Translations under genes and position numbers: made by a program
Assembly: GCA_017880775.1 (NCBI GenBank)
Contig: JADGRQ010000001.1
Span: 194,909 to 258,908 of the forward strand
DNA length: 64,000 nucleotides
Direction of reading: 5' to 3'
Origin: Burkholderiales bacterium
GTDB lineage: Bacteria; Pseudomonadota; Gammaproteobacteria; Burkholderiales; SG8-39
Notes under the pieces: model-generated
What the model saw: the letters and a program-made list of their open reading frames with translations, nothing else
What the model was told of the DNA's origin: nothing
Databases searched by the model: none
Shown here: piece after piece, positions 1 through 15,002 of the stretch
Numbering within the stretch: position 1 is the first letter of the stretch
Layout: each line of letters starts with the position of its first letter

Positions 1-1155
1 CTCTCCGGCGACGCCCGCGCCGAATTCTTCTCGATGCTTGCCGAGGATTTCTCTCCCGACCCGCAACAGGTGCTGGAGCAGGCGCAGCGGTACGCCGAAA
101 CCCGCTCGGCGGAATCGATGGTCCGTCTGTTCCACCTGGCCGAACCGCCACGCCAGGAACTTCTGCGCCGGATCAATCGCGCACCGAACGGCGCTGCGAC
201 GCTGCTCGGCATTCGCGCGGACCTGCTGCGCGAACTCAAGCGCAGACCCAAGCTGCAGGCGGTGGAAGCCGACTTCCGCCACCTGCTCGGTTCCTGGTTC
301 AACCCGGGCTTCCTGAACCTGGCGCGCGTCGACTGGCGCTCGCCCGCGCGCCTGCTGGAGCAGATCATCCAGCACGAGGCAGTGCACGCGATCCGCGACT
401 GGAACGACCTGCGGCGACGCCTCCAGTCCGACCGGCGCTGCTTTGCGTTCCTGCACCCGGCCCTGCCGGAGGATCTGCTGATCTTCGTGGAGGTCGCGCT
501 GCTGAACGCGATGCCGTACTCGATCGCGCCGCTGATCGACGGCAACGATGTCGATCCGCACCCGGAACGGGCACAACATGCGGTGTTCTATTCCATCTCC
601 AACTGCCAGCCGGGGCTGCGCGGGGTCTCACTCGGAAACTTTCTCATCAAGCAGGTGTGCGAAACGCTGAAAGCCGAGTTCCCGCGCCTCGCCCGTTTCT
701 CCACGCTCTCGCCGATGCCCGCCTTCGCGGCATGGCTGCGACACGGCGCGCCGTTCGATGCGGGACGACTTCCGAAGGGCGCTGGCGAACGCGTGGAGCG
801 TGCACGAGACCTGCTGCGCAGCGCGTTCGGCGAATCGCTCGAGGCGCCCGACCTTGCCGCGCTGGAAGGCGCGGGAAAACCCGTGCGCGAGGCCTTGCTG
901 CGGATGGGCGGCGCCTACCTGCTGCTCACGCGGGACGACGATGCCGCGAGCGACCCAGTCGCGAAATTCCATCTCGATAACGGCGCCCGGATCGAGCGCA
1001 TCAATTTTCTTGCCAACCGCTCGGCGCGCGGCCTGCGCGAATCCTGCGGGTTGATGGTGAACTACGTCTACGACCTGCGGGCGATCGAGCAATGCCACGG
1101 AAATTTCGTGGAAGGGCGGATCGCGGCTTCGCGAGAGCTGTTGCAGCGCGTCTGA
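1..1155 (+). CDS. malonyl-CoA decarboxylase, 5' partial (frame is open to the window edge)
   Basis: The ORF 34..1155 continues in frame to base 1 with no stop. Its translation carries the MCD-family block FYSISNCQPGLRGVSLGNFLIKQV and is collinear with the family over about 370 aa. Confidence 0.8.
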   Translation, partial: LSGDARAEFFSMLAEDFSPDPQQVLEQAQRYAETRSAESMVRLFHLAEPPRQELLRRINRAPNGAATLLGIRADLLRELKRRPKLQAVEADFRHLLGSWFNPGFLNLARVDWRSPARLLEQIIQHEAVHAIRDWNDLRRRLQSDRRCFAFLHPALPEDLLIFVEVALLNAMPYSIAPLIDGNDVDPHPERAQHAVFYSISNCQPGLRGVSLGNFLIKQVCETLKAEFPRLARFSTLSPMPAFAAWLRHGAPFDAGRLPKGAGERVERARDLLRSAFGESLEAPDLAALEGAGKPVREALLRMGGAYLLLTRDDDAASDPVAKFHLDNGARIERINFLANRSARGLRESCGLMVNYVYDLRAIEQCHGNFVEGRIAASRELLQRV

Positions 1156-1243
1156 GCCCCATGAGCGCGGTAAACTCCGCGTGCAAGCCGCACATGAACC
1201 CGATGAGTCCAAGCATACAAGTCAGTTCCTGAAAGGACGCACC

Positions 1244-2467
1244 ATGGCTGGCCCCCTCTCGCACATCCGGGTTCTCGATCTCTCGCGCGTGCTCGCGGCG
1301 CCTTGGACGGGGCAGAACCTTGCTGACCTCGGGGCCGAGGTGATCAAGATCGAGCGCCCGAAGACGGGCGACGATTCGCGCGCCTTCGGGCCGCCCTGGC
1401 TGAAAGACGCGAATGGTAATGATACGAGTGAATCGGCGTATTTTGCCTGTGCCAATCGCGGCAAGAAATCGCTCACGCTCAACCTCTCGAAAGCCGAAGG
1501 CCAGCGCATCGTGCGCGAACTCGTCGCGCAATGCGACGTGCTGCTGGAGAACTACAAGGTCGGGGATCTTGCGCGTTACGGTCTCGGATGGGATGACCTG
1601 AGAAAGATCAATCCGGGCCTCATCTACTGCTCGGTCACCGGTTTCGGCCAGACCGGCCCGTACCGCGAGCGCCCCGGCTACGATTTCATGATCCAGGGCA
1701 TGGGCGGGTTGATGAGCGTTACCGGCGAGCGCGACGAACTGCCAGGCGGCGGTCCGCAGAAGGCTGGGATCCCGATCGCGGACATCATGACCGGGATGTA
1801 CGCGACCATCGCGGTGTGCGCGGCGCTCGCGCATCGCGCGCAGACCGGCATCGGCCAGCAGCTAGACCTGGCGCTGCTCGACGTGCAGGTCGCCGTGCTC
1901 GCCAACCAGGGTGCGAACTACCTCGCGACCGGCGTGTCGCCCAAGCGCCTGGGCAACGCGCATCCGAACATCGTGCCCTACCAGACCTTCAAGACCTCGG
2001 ACGGCGACATGATCCTCGCATGCGGCAACGACAACATGTTCCGCAAATTCTGCGAGGTCGCGAATTGCACCGGGCTCGCCGACGACCCCCGCTATTTGAC
2101 CAACGCAAAGCGCGTCGAGAACCGCGCCGAGTTGACCGCGCTGCTCAATTCGATCGTCGCGACGCGCAGCACCCGCAACTGGATCGAAGCGCTGGAACCC
2201 GCGGGCGTGCCGAACGGCCCGATCAATACCCTGGAGCAGGTATTCCAGGAACCGCAGGTGATCGCGCGCGGCCTGAAAATCGAGATGTCCCACCCGGTTG
2301 CGGGCAAGGTGCAGTTGATCCGTAGCCCGATGCGGTTTTCGGGGACACCGATCGAGCACACCGTGCCGCCGCCCGTGCTCGGCGAGCACACCGCGGAAAT
2401 TCTTCGCTCGATGCTCCGCCTGGGCGACGATGAAATCGAAAAGCTGCGCGCCGACGGCGTGGTCTAG
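1244..2467 (+). CDS. family III CoA-transferase (CaiB/BaiF type)
   Basis: The N-terminus IRVLDLSRVLAAPWTGQNLADLGAEVIKIERP is the family III signature. The ATG at 1244 is preceded by AAGGA about 8 nt upstream. The ORF-track start at 1181 is less likely. Confidence 0.85.
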   Translation: MAGPLSHIRVLDLSRVLAAPWTGQNLADLGAEVIKIERPKTGDDSRAFGPPWLKDANGNDTSESAYFACANRGKKSLTLNLSKAEGQRIVRELVAQCDVLLENYKVGDLARYGLGWDDLRKINPGLIYCSVTGFGQTGPYRERPGYDFMIQGMGGLMSVTGERDELPGGGPQKAGIPIADIMTGMYATIAVCAALAHRAQTGIGQQLDLALLDVQVAVLANQGANYLATGVSPKRLGNAHPNIVPYQTFKTSDGDMILACGNDNMFRKFCEVANCTGLADDPRYLTNAKRVENRAELTALLNSIVATRSTRNWIEALEPAGVPNGPINTLEQVFQEPQVIARGLKIEMSHPVAGKVQLIRSPMRFSGTPIEHTVPPPVLGEHTAEILRSMLRLGDDEIEKLRADGVV

Positions 2468-2502
2468 GGCGAATGCCTGGCTCACCCCAAAATCGAAAAA
2501 CT

Positions 2503-3897
2503 TTACGCCGCTTCCGGCGTTCCGCGCTCGCCCAGGTCCCACCACAACCCCGCCATGATCCGCAGCCCGTCGCGAGCGAGCGGCGCCAGCAGGTGCTCGT
2601 CCGGCGCGTGCTGCGAGCAGGCGGCGTAGGAGTGCGGCACCCAGACGGTCGGCAGCCCCAGTACATCCGCAAATACGTCGTTCGGCAGAGAGCCGCCGAG
2701 ATTGGGCAGGATCGCGGGCTTGACACCCGTCGTCGCGCGAATGGATTGCACCGCCCAGCGCACCCACGGATGTTCCGGATCGAGTCGCGTGGCAGGGAAG
2801 AAGCCGTCGCGTGCGGGCGTCACCTTCACCGTCGGAAAGCCGCTCTTGTCGAGATGACGGCGCAAAGCGGGCACGATGTCGGCCGCATCTATACCCACGA
2901 CGTAGCGCAACTGGCAGTGCGCGTTGGCACGGGGAGGGATCGCGTTCACGGGGCGATCGGGATCCCCGGTGCGGAAGGCGAGCACTTCGAAGCTCGACCA
3001 GCCGAATACCTTCTCAGCCGCAGACAGACCGGGTTCGCCCCAGTATGGATCAATCGCGGGCGCATCCGGGCCGCCGCTGAGTTCGCAATCGGCGAGCACC
3101 TTGCGCACCCCTGCCGTGAGACTGTCCGGCCGCCATTCGGGAACGCGGATTTCGCCGGTCGGCGACGTGATGCTCGCGATCGCATGCGCGAGGATGCTCC
3201 CCGGGTTGGCGAGCAACCCGCCCCAGTTGCCCGAGTGATGGCCGCCCTTGCGCAGGTCGACCGAGAGATCGAAGTTGCACGCACCCCGCGAACCAAGAAA
3301 GATGGTCGGGCGCTCAGGGGAGAGTCGCGGCCCGTCGGAGGCGATGAACACATCGCCGCCGAACAGATCCCGGTTCTGCTCGCACACCTCGCGCAGCCCC
3401 GGCGAACCGACCTCCTCGCCGGTCTCGATCAGCAGTTTCAGGTTGAAGCCGAGTCGGCCACGCGCCGCCAGCACAGCCGCGAGCGCGCCGAGGTTGATGG
3501 TGTGCTGGCCCTTGTTGTCGGCGGTGCCGCGCCCGTACCAGCGCTCGCCCTCGACGGTGATGCGCCACGGCGAGAGTCCATTGCGCCATTGCTCGTCCTG
3601 GCCGCGGATCACGTCGCCGTGGCCATAACTGAACGCCGTCACGAGCCCTTCGGCCTCGATGCGCTCGGCGTACAGAAACGGATTGCTCGCGCGCGCCGGA
3701 TTCAGCAGAACCCGGCACCGGAAACCCAGCTTTTCGAGCGCGGGCTGCAATTCGGCCGAGAGGTAGCGCTCCAGCTCAGCGGCGCGCTCCGGGTTCTGGC
3801 TTTCGGTCGGAATCGCCACGCGACGCGCGAGTTCGGCAAGGAAGCCACCGCCGTCGAAGTAGCGTTCGGCGTTCGCGATGGCGGCTTGGCGGCTCAT
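2503..3897 (-). CDS. M20 family metallopeptidase/dipeptidase (ArgE/DapE/CPG2-like)
   Basis: Motifs [16 protein letters not shown] and [10 protein letters not shown] are present. The start is placed at the ATG at 3897 (MSRQAAI...) rather than the upstream extension in the track. Confidence 0.8.
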   Translation of the reverse strand: MSRQAAIANAERYFDGGGFLAELARRVAIPTESQNPERAAELERYLSAELQPALEKLGFRCRVLLNPARASNPFLYAERIEAEGLVTAFSYGHGDVIRGQDEQWRNGLSPWRITVEGERWYGRGTADNKGQHTINLGALAAVLAARGRLGFNLKLLIETGEEVGSPGLREVCEQNRDLFGGDVFIASDGPRLSPERPTIFLGSRGACNFDLSVDLRKGGHHSGNWGGLLANPGSILAHAIASITSPTGEIRVPEWRPDSLTAGVRKVLADCELSGGPDAPAIDPYWGEPGLSAAEKVFGWSSFEVLAFRTGDPDRPVNAIPPRANAHCQLRYVVGIDAADIVPALRRHLDKSGFPTVKVTPARDGFFPATRLDPEHPWVRWAVQSIRATTGVKPAILPNLGGSLPNDVFADVLGLPTVWVPHSYAACSQHAPDEHLLAPLARDGLRIMAGLWWDLGERGTPEAA

Positions 3898-3913
3898 TTC
3901 ACGTGATCCACAC

Positions 3914-4711
3914 TCACCAGAGAGTCCACAGCATGCGTGCGGCGAGAGCGTACAGCATGAGCGCGAACACCACCCGCAGTTTCGCAACTGGCATGCTATG
4001 CGCGAGGCGGGCGCCCCAAGGCGCAGCGAGCATGCTGGGGACAGCCACGAGCATCAGCGCCGGCACGTGTATGTAGCCGAAGCTGTTCGGCGGCAGTCCG
4101 GAAATGCGCAGGCCGTTCAGCGCATAGCCGGCCGAACCCGCAAGCGCGATCGGAAAACCGATCGCCGCCGCAGTGCCGATCGCGCGGCGCAACGGCAGGT
4201 TGCACCAGGCGAGGAACGGAATCGACAGGAATGCGCCTCCGGCGGCGACCAGGCTGGATAGTGCGCCGATCGTCGCGCCGGCGGCAAACAGTCCGCCCGG
4301 CCCGGGCATCGCGCGCGTTATGCGCGGCTTCATTTCAAAGAACATCTGCGTCGCCGCATAGAAAATGAAACCGGTGAAGAACATCGCCAACGGACGCGTC
4401 GGGATGAGGCCGGCGATCAGCGATGCAGCGAACGAGCCAGCGAGGATACCCGGCGCCATCGCGCGCACCACGGGCCAATCGACGCCGCCGTGCCGATGAT
4501 GCGCGCGCACGCTGGAGAGCGACGTGAAAAGCACGGTCGACATCGAAGTGGCGATCGCCAGGTGCATCAGGTGTTCCGGTGGAAATCGCTTGGCGGTGAA
4601 TACGAACACCAGCATCGGCACCATGATCATGCCGCCCCCGATGCCGAGCATTCCGGCCATGAAACCGACTGCCGCTCCGATCGCGACGTATGCCGCCCAC
4701 CACGCGTCCAT
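3914..4711 (-). CDS. TauE/SafE family sulfite/anion exporter-like membrane protein (DUF81)
   Basis: The protein is polytopic and hydrophobic, with GxxxG-rich repeats ([29 protein letters not shown]) typical of TauE/SafE. The start is either ATG 4711 or TTG 4717. Confidence 0.7.
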   Translation of the reverse strand: MDAWWAAYVAIGAAVGFMAGMLGIGGGMIMVPMLVFVFTAKRFPPEHLMHLAIATSMSTVLFTSLSSVRAHHRHGGVDWPVVRAMAPGILAGSFAASLIAGLIPTRPLAMFFTGFIFYAATQMFFEMKPRITRAMPGPGGLFAAGATIGALSSLVAAGGAFLSIPFLAWCNLPLRRAIGTAAAIGFPIALAGSAGYALNGLRISGLPPNSFGYIHVPALMLVAVPSMLAAPWGARLAHSMPVAKLRVVFALMLYALAARMLWTLW

Positions 4712-4713
4712 GC

Positions 4714-5499
4714 TCAATCCTGCAACAACCGATCGACGAGTTCGGCGAAACCCGCGCCGCCTGCATTGCGCGTCACGTAGGCGGGGGCCGCTTCCAGGCG
4801 CCCGGCAAAGCGCACGATGTTTGCCACCCCGACCGAGTTCTGAAAATAGGCGAACATCGGTGCGTCATTCGGCGAGTCGCCGATGAACACGAATTCGTTC
4901 CGCGCTGCGTCGAGCTCCAGACCGAAACGCTCGCGCGCGAGCAGCTTGGTCATGCCGAGCTTGTCGTAGTCGCCGAACCAGGCATTGACATGGATCGAGC
5001 TGATCTTGGCGGTCATACCCTCGGCGCGCAGCAACTGCGCGATGCGCTCCGCAGTCTCGAGCGGCAAGGCCGGGACATCCTCGCAGTAATCGATCGCGAG
5101 ATCGCATTCGCGATAATTCTGATCCGAAGCGAGCGCGCAGCCGGGCACGGACTCGATGATGCGGCCGGCAATCGCGTCGAGCCTCGCGCGATCTGCGGCG
5201 CGCGTCACCGCATCGGCGAGGTAGCGCTTGCCGAGTTTGCGGCCGTGACGATCGCGCCAGAAATAGAACGCGCCGTTCTCGCCCACCACCGCGTCGACCG
5301 GCCACATGCGCGCGATATGGTCGCACCAGCCGGCCGGGCGGCCGGTGATCGGCACGACGATCCGGCCGGACGCCGTCAAGCGCTCCATCGCAGCGTACGC
5401 CTGCGCGGTGAGCGCGCCATCGGTCGTGAGCGTGTCGTCGATGTCGAAAAATACTCCGCGCACGGGCCGCTCGCGGCGCAATTCGCCGAGCGGACGCAT
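4714..5499 (-). CDS. HAD-IIB family hydrolase/phosphatase
   Basis: HAD motifs are present: FFDIDDTLT (DxDxT), PITGRP and FIGDSPNDAPMF. The ATG at 5499 shares one base with the glpD stop (TGATG), which suggests translational coupling. Confidence 0.75.
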   Translation of the reverse strand: MRPLGELRRERPVRGVFFDIDDTLTTDGALTAQAYAAMERLTASGRIVVPITGRPAGWCDHIARMWPVDAVVGENGAFYFWRDRHGRKLGKRYLADAVTRAADRARLDAIAGRIIESVPGCALASDQNYRECDLAIDYCEDVPALPLETAERIAQLLRAEGMTAKISSIHVNAWFGDYDKLGMTKLLARERFGLELDAARNEFVFIGDSPNDAPMFAYFQNSVGVANIVRFAGRLEAAPAYVTRNAGGAGFAELVDRLLQD

Positions 5500-6983
5500 C
5501 AATGGGCTGCAATCCAGCGAGCCAGTCGCACGCGCTCGTCTTGCGTCATGTGCAGTCCGCACTTGGTACGCCGCCACAGAATGTCGTCGACATCGCGCGC
5601 CCACTCGTGCTCGCGCAGATAGGTGACCTCGCGCTCGTACAGATCGGCGCCGAAATACTCGCCCAGATCCTCGGCCGTTTTCGCATCGCCGGCAACGCGT
5701 GCAGCAAGCAGGCCGTGACGGCGGTGCGCGCCATGCAGGAACTCGCTCGGCAGTCGCGGGTAGCGCTGTGCGAGCTCGAGAAACACTTCGCGCCGGACCC
5801 CCGGCGGGAAATCCCCTCCCGGCAGCGGCGCGTTTCCGGTCCAGCCCGGCTTGAGGCCCGGAAAATACGGCGCGAGCTTATCCATTGCGTGCTCCGCAAG
5901 GCGCCGGTACGTGGTGATCTTGCCGCCGAACACCGAGAGCACCGCGGCGCGTCCTTCGACATCGTCCACCCGCAGCGTGTAGTCCCGCGTCACTTTGGAT
6001 GGATCGCTCGAGCCGTCGTCGTAGAGCGGCCTTACGCCCGAGTAGGTCCAGACCACGTCGGCCGGCGCGACCGGCTGCGCGAGATAGCGGTTCACTGCGC
6101 GGCATAGATACTCGATCTCCGCGCTCGAAGCGCGTGGATCTCCCGGCTCGCCTTCGGCGGGAATGTCCGTGGTGCCGATCAAGGTGTAGTCGCGCTCGTA
6201 CGGAATCATGAAGACGACCCGCCGATCGTCGTTTTGCAGGATGAACGCATGCTCGCCCTCGTAGCGCTTGCGCACCACGATGTGGCTCCCTTTGACGAGA
6301 CGCACGGCATCGCTCGATGGCTGGCCGAGCTGGTGGTTCAACACGTCCTTCACCCACGGACCCGCAGCGTTGACCACCGCCCGCACGTGGATATCGAGGG
6401 CTTCGCTGCCGCGGACGAGGCGCACCTGCCAGTTGCCTTCTTCACGCGCGGCGCGGACACAGGTGGTCTGGGTCAGCACCTGCGCACCCTGCTCGCGCGC
6501 GCTCATCGCGTTCATCACCACCAGGCGCGCATCGTCGACCCGGCAGTCCGAGTAGATGAAGCCGTGCTTGAGGCCTTGCTTGAGACCGGAGTCATACGGC
6601 GGCACCGAAAGATCGATCCCGTGCGAGCCTTCGAGGGTCGAGCGCCGCGACAAATGGTCATACAGGAACAACCCGGTGCGGATCATCCAGCGCGGGCGAA
6701 GTTCCGGCACGTGCGGCATGATGAAGCGCGCCGGCCAAACCAGATGCGGGGCGATGTTGAGCAGTACTTCGCGCTCGGCGAGCGCCTCCGCCACCAGCCT
6801 GAACTCGTACTGCTCGAGGTAACGCAGGCCGCCGTGAATCAGCTTGGAGGACCAGGAGGAGGTGTGCGAAGCGAGGTCGCCCTTCTCGGCGAGCAGCACC
6901 TTCAGGCCGCGGCCGGCGGCATCGCGGGCGATGCCGGCGCCGTTGATGCCGCCGCCGATGACTAAGAGGTCGTAGGTATGCAT
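5499..6983 (-). CDS. glpD: FAD-dependent glycerol-3-phosphate dehydrogenase
   Basis: The N-terminus YDLLVIGGGINGAGIARDAAGRGLKVLLAEKGDLASHTSSWSSKLIHGGLRYLEQYEFRLV is a classic GlpD dinucleotide-binding start. The length is 494 aa. Confidence 0.9.
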   Translation of the reverse strand: MHTYDLLVIGGGINGAGIARDAAGRGLKVLLAEKGDLASHTSSWSSKLIHGGLRYLEQYEFRLVAEALAEREVLLNIAPHLVWPARFIMPHVPELRPRWMIRTGLFLYDHLSRRSTLEGSHGIDLSVPPYDSGLKQGLKHGFIYSDCRVDDARLVVMNAMSAREQGAQVLTQTTCVRAAREEGNWQVRLVRGSEALDIHVRAVVNAAGPWVKDVLNHQLGQPSSDAVRLVKGSHIVVRKRYEGEHAFILQNDDRRVVFMIPYERDYTLIGTTDIPAEGEPGDPRASSAEIEYLCRAVNRYLAQPVAPADVVWTYSGVRPLYDDGSSDPSKVTRDYTLRVDDVEGRAAVLSVFGGKITTYRRLAEHAMDKLAPYFPGLKPGWTGNAPLPGGDFPPGVRREVFLELAQRYPRLPSEFLHGAHRRHGLLAARVAGDAKTAEDLGEYFGADLYEREVTYLREHEWARDVDDILWRRTKCGLHMTQDERVRLARWIAAH

Positions 6984-7123
6984 AGGACGTATCTGTCAAG
7001 CATACCAAGCCGTATGACGAGAACCTTGTTGCACTCTGGCGGGCTTCACTCGTCGAATGGATCTGCCCGTCAATCGAGGCCCGCGCGCAGAGATTGACCG
7101 GCGCCGTCAGGCATCCGGCCTGA

Positions 7124-7545
7124 TTATTTCTTGCGCCGCAGCTTGCGGATCGCGGCCAGCTGCGCCGCGAGCATCGCCAGTTCGCTCTCCACGGCGGCGA
7201 TTTCCTGCTTGTCCTGCGCCCTGGCGCGCGCCTCCTCGGCTTTCTTCAGCGCCTCGTTCGCCTTCGCCTCGTCGAGGTCGTGGCCGCGGATTGCCGTATC
7301 GGCGAGCACGGTGATCACGCTGGGCTGTACTTCCAGAATGCCGCCGGCTACGAAGATCAGCTCCTCGTCGCCGCCGCCCGCCGGCTTGATGCGCACTTCA
7401 CCGGGCTTGATGCGCGTAATGAGCGGCGTGTGGCGCGGATAGATGCCGAGCTCGCCCGACTCGCCGGGAAGCACGACAAATTCGGCCTCCCCCGAGTAAA
7501 TCTCCTGCTCGGCGCTGACCACATCGATGTGGATGGTGTGGGCCA

Positions 7546-7546
<1 letters not shown>
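7124..7546 (-). CDS. atpC: F1 ATP synthase subunit epsilon
   Basis: The [43 protein letters not shown]-terminus fits epsilon, and the gene is last in the atp operon. The ATG at 7546 overlaps the atpD stop (TAATG). Confidence 0.93.
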
Positions 7547-8991
<1,445 letters not shown>

Positions 8992-9855
8992 CTAAACCGC
9001 GGCAGCGCCGCCGACAATTTCCGAAAGCTCTTTCGTGATGCTGGCCTGCCGGCTCTTGTTGTAGACCAGCGTCAACTCGTCGATCAGGTCGCCGGCGTTG
9101 TCCGACGCAGCCTTCATCGCCACCATGCGGGCGGATTGCTCGGAAGCCATGTTCTCGGCCACCGACTGGAAGATGATCGCTTCGATATAGCGCGTCATCA
9201 CCTGGTCGAGCACGGCCCTCGCTTCGGGCTCATAGATATAGTCCCAAACGGCCTCGGGCGCGCCCAGGCGCTCGCCCGAAAGCGGCAGCAACTGCTCGAT
9301 CACCGGCTCCTGCTTCATGGTGTTGAAGAAGCGGTTGTAGCCGATCATCAGGCGATCGAACCGGTCGCTGGTGTAACCGTCGAGCATCACCTTGACGGTG
9401 CCGATCAGCTTGTCCAGTTGCGGGCGGTCGCCGAGCTGCACCGCGTGTGAGAGGATATTCGCGCCGAGGCGCTGCATGAAGCCCAGCCCCTTGTTGCCGA
9501 TCGCGCAGACATCGACCTCCTCGCCCTCCGACTGCCACTGCTTGTACTGGTTGAGCACCATGCGCAGCAGGTTGGTGTTGAGAGCGCCGCACAGACCCTT
9601 GTCGGTGGTTACAACGATGACGCCGACGCGTTTCACGCTGTCGCGGTTGACCAGGAACGGATGGCGGTACTCCGGATTGGCGTGGCTGATGCGCGCGGCA
9701 ACGTTGCGGATCTTTTCGCCATACGGGCGCGCCATGCGCATGCGCTCCTGCGCTTTTCGCATTTTGGACGCAGCGACCATTTCCATCGCCTTGGTGATCT
9801 TCCGGGTGTTCTGCACACTCCGGATTTTCATGCGTATTTCCTTGGTGCCTGGCAT
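8992..9855 (-). CDS. atpG: F1 ATP synthase subunit gamma
   Basis: The translation contains [26 protein letters not shown] and ends in [15 protein letters not shown]. The gene lies between atpA and atpD. Confidence 0.95.
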   Translation of the reverse strand: MPGTKEIRMKIRSVQNTRKITKAMEMVAASKMRKAQERMRMARPYGEKIRNVAARISHANPEYRHPFLVNRDSVKRVGVIVVTTDKGLCGALNTNLLRMVLNQYKQWQSEGEEVDVCAIGNKGLGFMQRLGANILSHAVQLGDRPQLDKLIGTVKVMLDGYTSDRFDRLMIGYNRFFNTMKQEPVIEQLLPLSGERLGAPEAVWDYIYEPEARAVLDQVMTRYIEAIIFQSVAENMASEQSARMVAMKAASDNAGDLIDELTLVYNKSRQASITKELSEIVGGAAAV

Positions 9856-9864
9856 CTGAGTTGC

Positions 9865-11412
<1,548 letters not shown>

Positions 11413-11423
11413 GTCTATTCCTC

Positions 11424-11960
11424 TTAACTCTTCAGTGCGCTTTCGAGCGCCGCAAGCTGCGCCCTTGCGGACGCGTCGATCACCTTGTCGCCGATTGTCA
11501 CGCGTACTCCGCCGATCAGTTCCTTGTCGACGGAGACGCTGGCCTTCACCTTGCGCCCGGTGTGCTTGCCGATGCGCGCCACCAGATCGGCCAGCTGCGC
11601 ATCGTCGAGCGGGAAGGCGCTCTCGACGTGCGCCTCGACCACGCCTTCGCGCTGGTGCTTGAGCGCCTCAAACTGCGCGCGGATTTCGTCGAGCACCGTG
11701 AGTCGCCGGTTGTCGGCCAGCACGCGCACGAAGTTCTCTGCATCACCGAAAAGCTTCCCCGAGAGCACCGCGTTGAACATGCCGGCGATCTTTGCTGCGG
11801 ACAGCGTCGGATCACCCATCGCCCGGCGCACGCGCTCGTCAGCGGCGACCAGGGCAAGGTTGGCGAGATTGTCCGACCAGTCGGCGAGCTTGCCGCCGGC
11901 ATCCGCGAGGCGGAACACCGCCTCGGCGTACGGGCGTGCAATGGTGCTCGGCTCGGCCAT
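11424..11960 (-). CDS. atpH: F1 ATP synthase subunit delta (OSCP)
   Basis: The N-terminus [13 protein letters not shown] and the C-terminal [20 protein letters not shown] fit delta. The gene lies between atpF and atpA. Confidence 0.9.
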   Translation of the reverse strand: MAEPSTIARPYAEAVFRLADAGGKLADWSDNLANLALVAADERVRRAMGDPTLSAAKIAGMFNAVLSGKLFGDAENFVRVLADNRRLTVLDEIRAQFEALKHQREGVVEAHVESAFPLDDAQLADLVARIGKHTGRKVKASVSVDKELIGGVRVTIGDKVIDASARAQLAALESALKS

Positions 11961-12029
11961 CGTCTAAGCGCAGGGGGCGTTGCGCAGCCCCCCGCACCCC
12001 CGCAATTTCAGTGGAAAATTCATGCGGTC

Positions 12030-12500
12030 CTATAGCTGCTGCTTTACGCCGTTGAGCAGCTCGGCGTGCGCCGCGGCGTCAACTTCGCGGCGCAGGATCT
12101 TCTCTGCGCCCGCGACGGCGAGCGCGGCGACCTGCTCGCGCAGCGCCTCGCGCGCCCGCGAAACTTCCTGCTCGATCTCGGCCTTCGCCGCGGTCTTCTC
12201 GCGTTCACCTTCGGCCTTGGCCGAAGTCTTGGCCTCCTCGATCATCTGCACCGCACGCTTTTCGGCCTGGCTGACGATTTCGCTCGCCCGCGAACGGGCA
12301 CCGGCGATTTCCTGGTCGGCTCGCTCGGCCGACGCTTCCAGATCACGCCTGCCTTGCTCGCCGGCGGCCAGGCCATCCGCAATGGTCTTCTGGCGTTGCT
12401 CGATCGCGCGCAGCAGCGGCGGCCAAACGAACTTCACCGTGAACAGGATGAAGGCCGCGAAGACGATCGCCTGCGCGAACAGCGTAAAGTTGATGTTCAT
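12030..12500 (-). CDS. atpF: Fo ATP synthase subunit b
   Basis: The protein has a single N-terminal transmembrane helix followed by a long charged A/E/K/R-rich helix. The operon position is as expected. Confidence 0.9.
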   Translation of the reverse strand: MNINFTLFAQAIVFAAFILFTVKFVWPPLLRAIEQRQKTIADGLAAGEQGRRDLEASAERADQEIAGARSRASEIVSQAEKRAVQMIEEAKTSAKAEGEREKTAAKAEIEQEVSRAREALREQVAALAVAGAEKILRREVDAAAHAELLNGVKQQL

Positions 12501-12535
12501 GCGTTCTCCCTAACGGGAAAATCCGGCGACGCCGC

Positions 12536-13679
<1,144 letters not shown>

Positions 13680-14051
13680 CTAGTGTTCGCGGACGAAAAT
13701 TGCCATCGCAAAAATCAGCGTCGCCAGCACGAACGTTCCGAGGAACGCCAGCACGACGACCTCCCTGTACGCAGCGAGCGCGACCGCCAGTCCTGCGACG
13801 ATGGCGAGAACCTTGGCCGCTTCGGCGCGCAACACGCTGAGCAGAGCACCGCCTGCCGACTGCTTGCGCCCCCCCAACGATCCCACCACTCCGTAAACCC
13901 AGCCGGCAAGAATGCTGACCAGCCCGCCGAGCAGCGCCGAAACCGCCGCTTTGCCCCCCCCAAGCACGACGGCAATCGTTGCCAATGCGCCCGTGGCGCA
14001 TATCTGCCACCACAGGACCGTGCGGATCGGCTTGCTTCGGACGCCGAGCAC
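13680..14051 (-). CDS. atpI: ATP synthase protein I
   Basis: A small hydrophobic 123-aa protein is encoded immediately upstream of atpB. It appears to use a GTG start. Confidence 0.65.
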   Translation of the reverse strand: MLGVRSKPIRTVLWWQICATGALATIAVVLGGGKAAVSALLGGLVSILAGWVYGVVGSLGGRKQSAGGALLSVLRAEAAKVLAIVAGLAVALAAYREVVVLAFLGTFVLATLIFAMAIFVREH

Positions 14052-14152
14052 GCTTTCAACTCATCGCCGGCGGGGAAAACCGCGAGATTGTAGGGGATTC
14101 GAGCACGGCCGGTCAACGCCGCTGCAGCGCAGCAGTGCCGCTCGGTGCAGAT

Positions 14153-14995
14153 TCAGCGCAGCTTTCCCAGCAAGCCATCGAGGTGCTCGAGACTGGAGTA
14201 GCGGATCACCAGCTTGCCTGATCCCTTTCTCCCCGCCTTGATTTCGACGCTGGTGCCGAGGCTCTCGGAGAGTTCCTCTTCCAGACGTGCCAGATCGCGG
14301 TCCACGCGCTTGCGCCTGCCGCGCACCGTTCCGGCACCCTTCAAAAGGGACTGCACCAGCGCCTCAGTCTCCCTCACCGAGAGTCCGCGCGCGGCAACCT
14401 TGTTTGCCGCCTCGATCTGTCGCGCGCCATCAAGGGCGAGCAGCGCGCGGGCATGGCCCATCTCGAGCACATGCTCCATCAGCATCGACTGCACCGGTTT
14501 GGCAAGCCCCAGCAGACGCAACAGGTTGGTGGTCGCGCTCCTCGAGCGGCCCACCGCCTCGGCAACCTGCTGGTGCGTGAGCTTGAATTCGTCGGCGAGG
14601 CGCGCGAGGCCCGCGGCTTCCTCCATCGGGTTGAGGTTCTCGCGCTGGATGTTTTCAATCAGCGACATGGCCAGGGCGGCTTCGTCGGGCACTTCGCGCA
14701 CGATCGCCGGGACCTGTTCGAGACCGGCCATCTGCGCGGCGCGCCAGCGCCGCTCCCCCGCAATCAGCTCGTAGCGGTCGCGCTCGACCGGGCGTACCAG
14801 CACCGGCTGCATCAGACCCTGTGCCTTGATCGAAGCAGCCAGCTCGGCGAGCGCCTCTTGGTCCATGTGCGTGCGGGGCTGGTACTTGCCGGGCCGGATG
14901 CGGTTGACCGGCAGGCTGCCGAGCGTGTCGCGCGGCGGCGTATCGGAGCCGAGCAATGCGTCCAGGCCGCGGCCGAGTCCCTTGGATTTGATCAT
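14153..14995 (-). CDS. parB: chromosome partitioning protein ParB
   Basis: Motifs GLGRGLDALL, ELIAGERRWRAA and LIENIQRENLNPMEEA are present. The start is placed at the ATG at 14995 (MIKSKGLGRG), not the long upstream extension in the track. Confidence 0.93.
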   Translation of the reverse strand: MIKSKGLGRGLDALLGSDTPPRDTLGSLPVNRIRPGKYQPRTHMDQEALAELAASIKAQGLMQPVLVRPVERDRYELIAGERRWRAAQMAGLEQVPAIVREVPDEAALAMSLIENIQRENLNPMEEAAGLARLADEFKLTHQQVAEAVGRSRSATTNLLRLLGLAKPVQSMLMEHVLEMGHARALLALDGARQIEAANKVAARGLSVRETEALVQSLLKGAGTVRGRRKRVDRDLARLEEELSESLGTSVEIKAGRKGSGKLVIRYSSLEHLDGLLGKLR

Positions 14996-15002
14996 GATCT
15001 TG

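Noticed and set aside
3895-3912. The sequence CATTTCACGTGATCCACA contains a parS-like half site (TTTCACGTGA) and an 8/9 DnaA-box-like TGATCCACA, located between the TauE gene and the M20 peptidase gene.
   Set aside because: It matches the parS 16-mer at only about 12 of 16 positions, and only one half is intact. It is an isolated single imperfect DnaA box 26 kb from dnaA, and it overlaps the M20 start codon. This is most likely a chance match.
7066-7123. Hairpins downstream of atpC as a possible atp operon terminator: TCAGGC-CGGAT-GCCTGA immediately after the stop codon, and CCGGTCAATC-N16-GATTGACGGG (7101..7066).
   Set aside because: Neither hairpin is followed by a U-tract. I cannot distinguish them from fortuitous GC-rich stems, so they are not reported as features.
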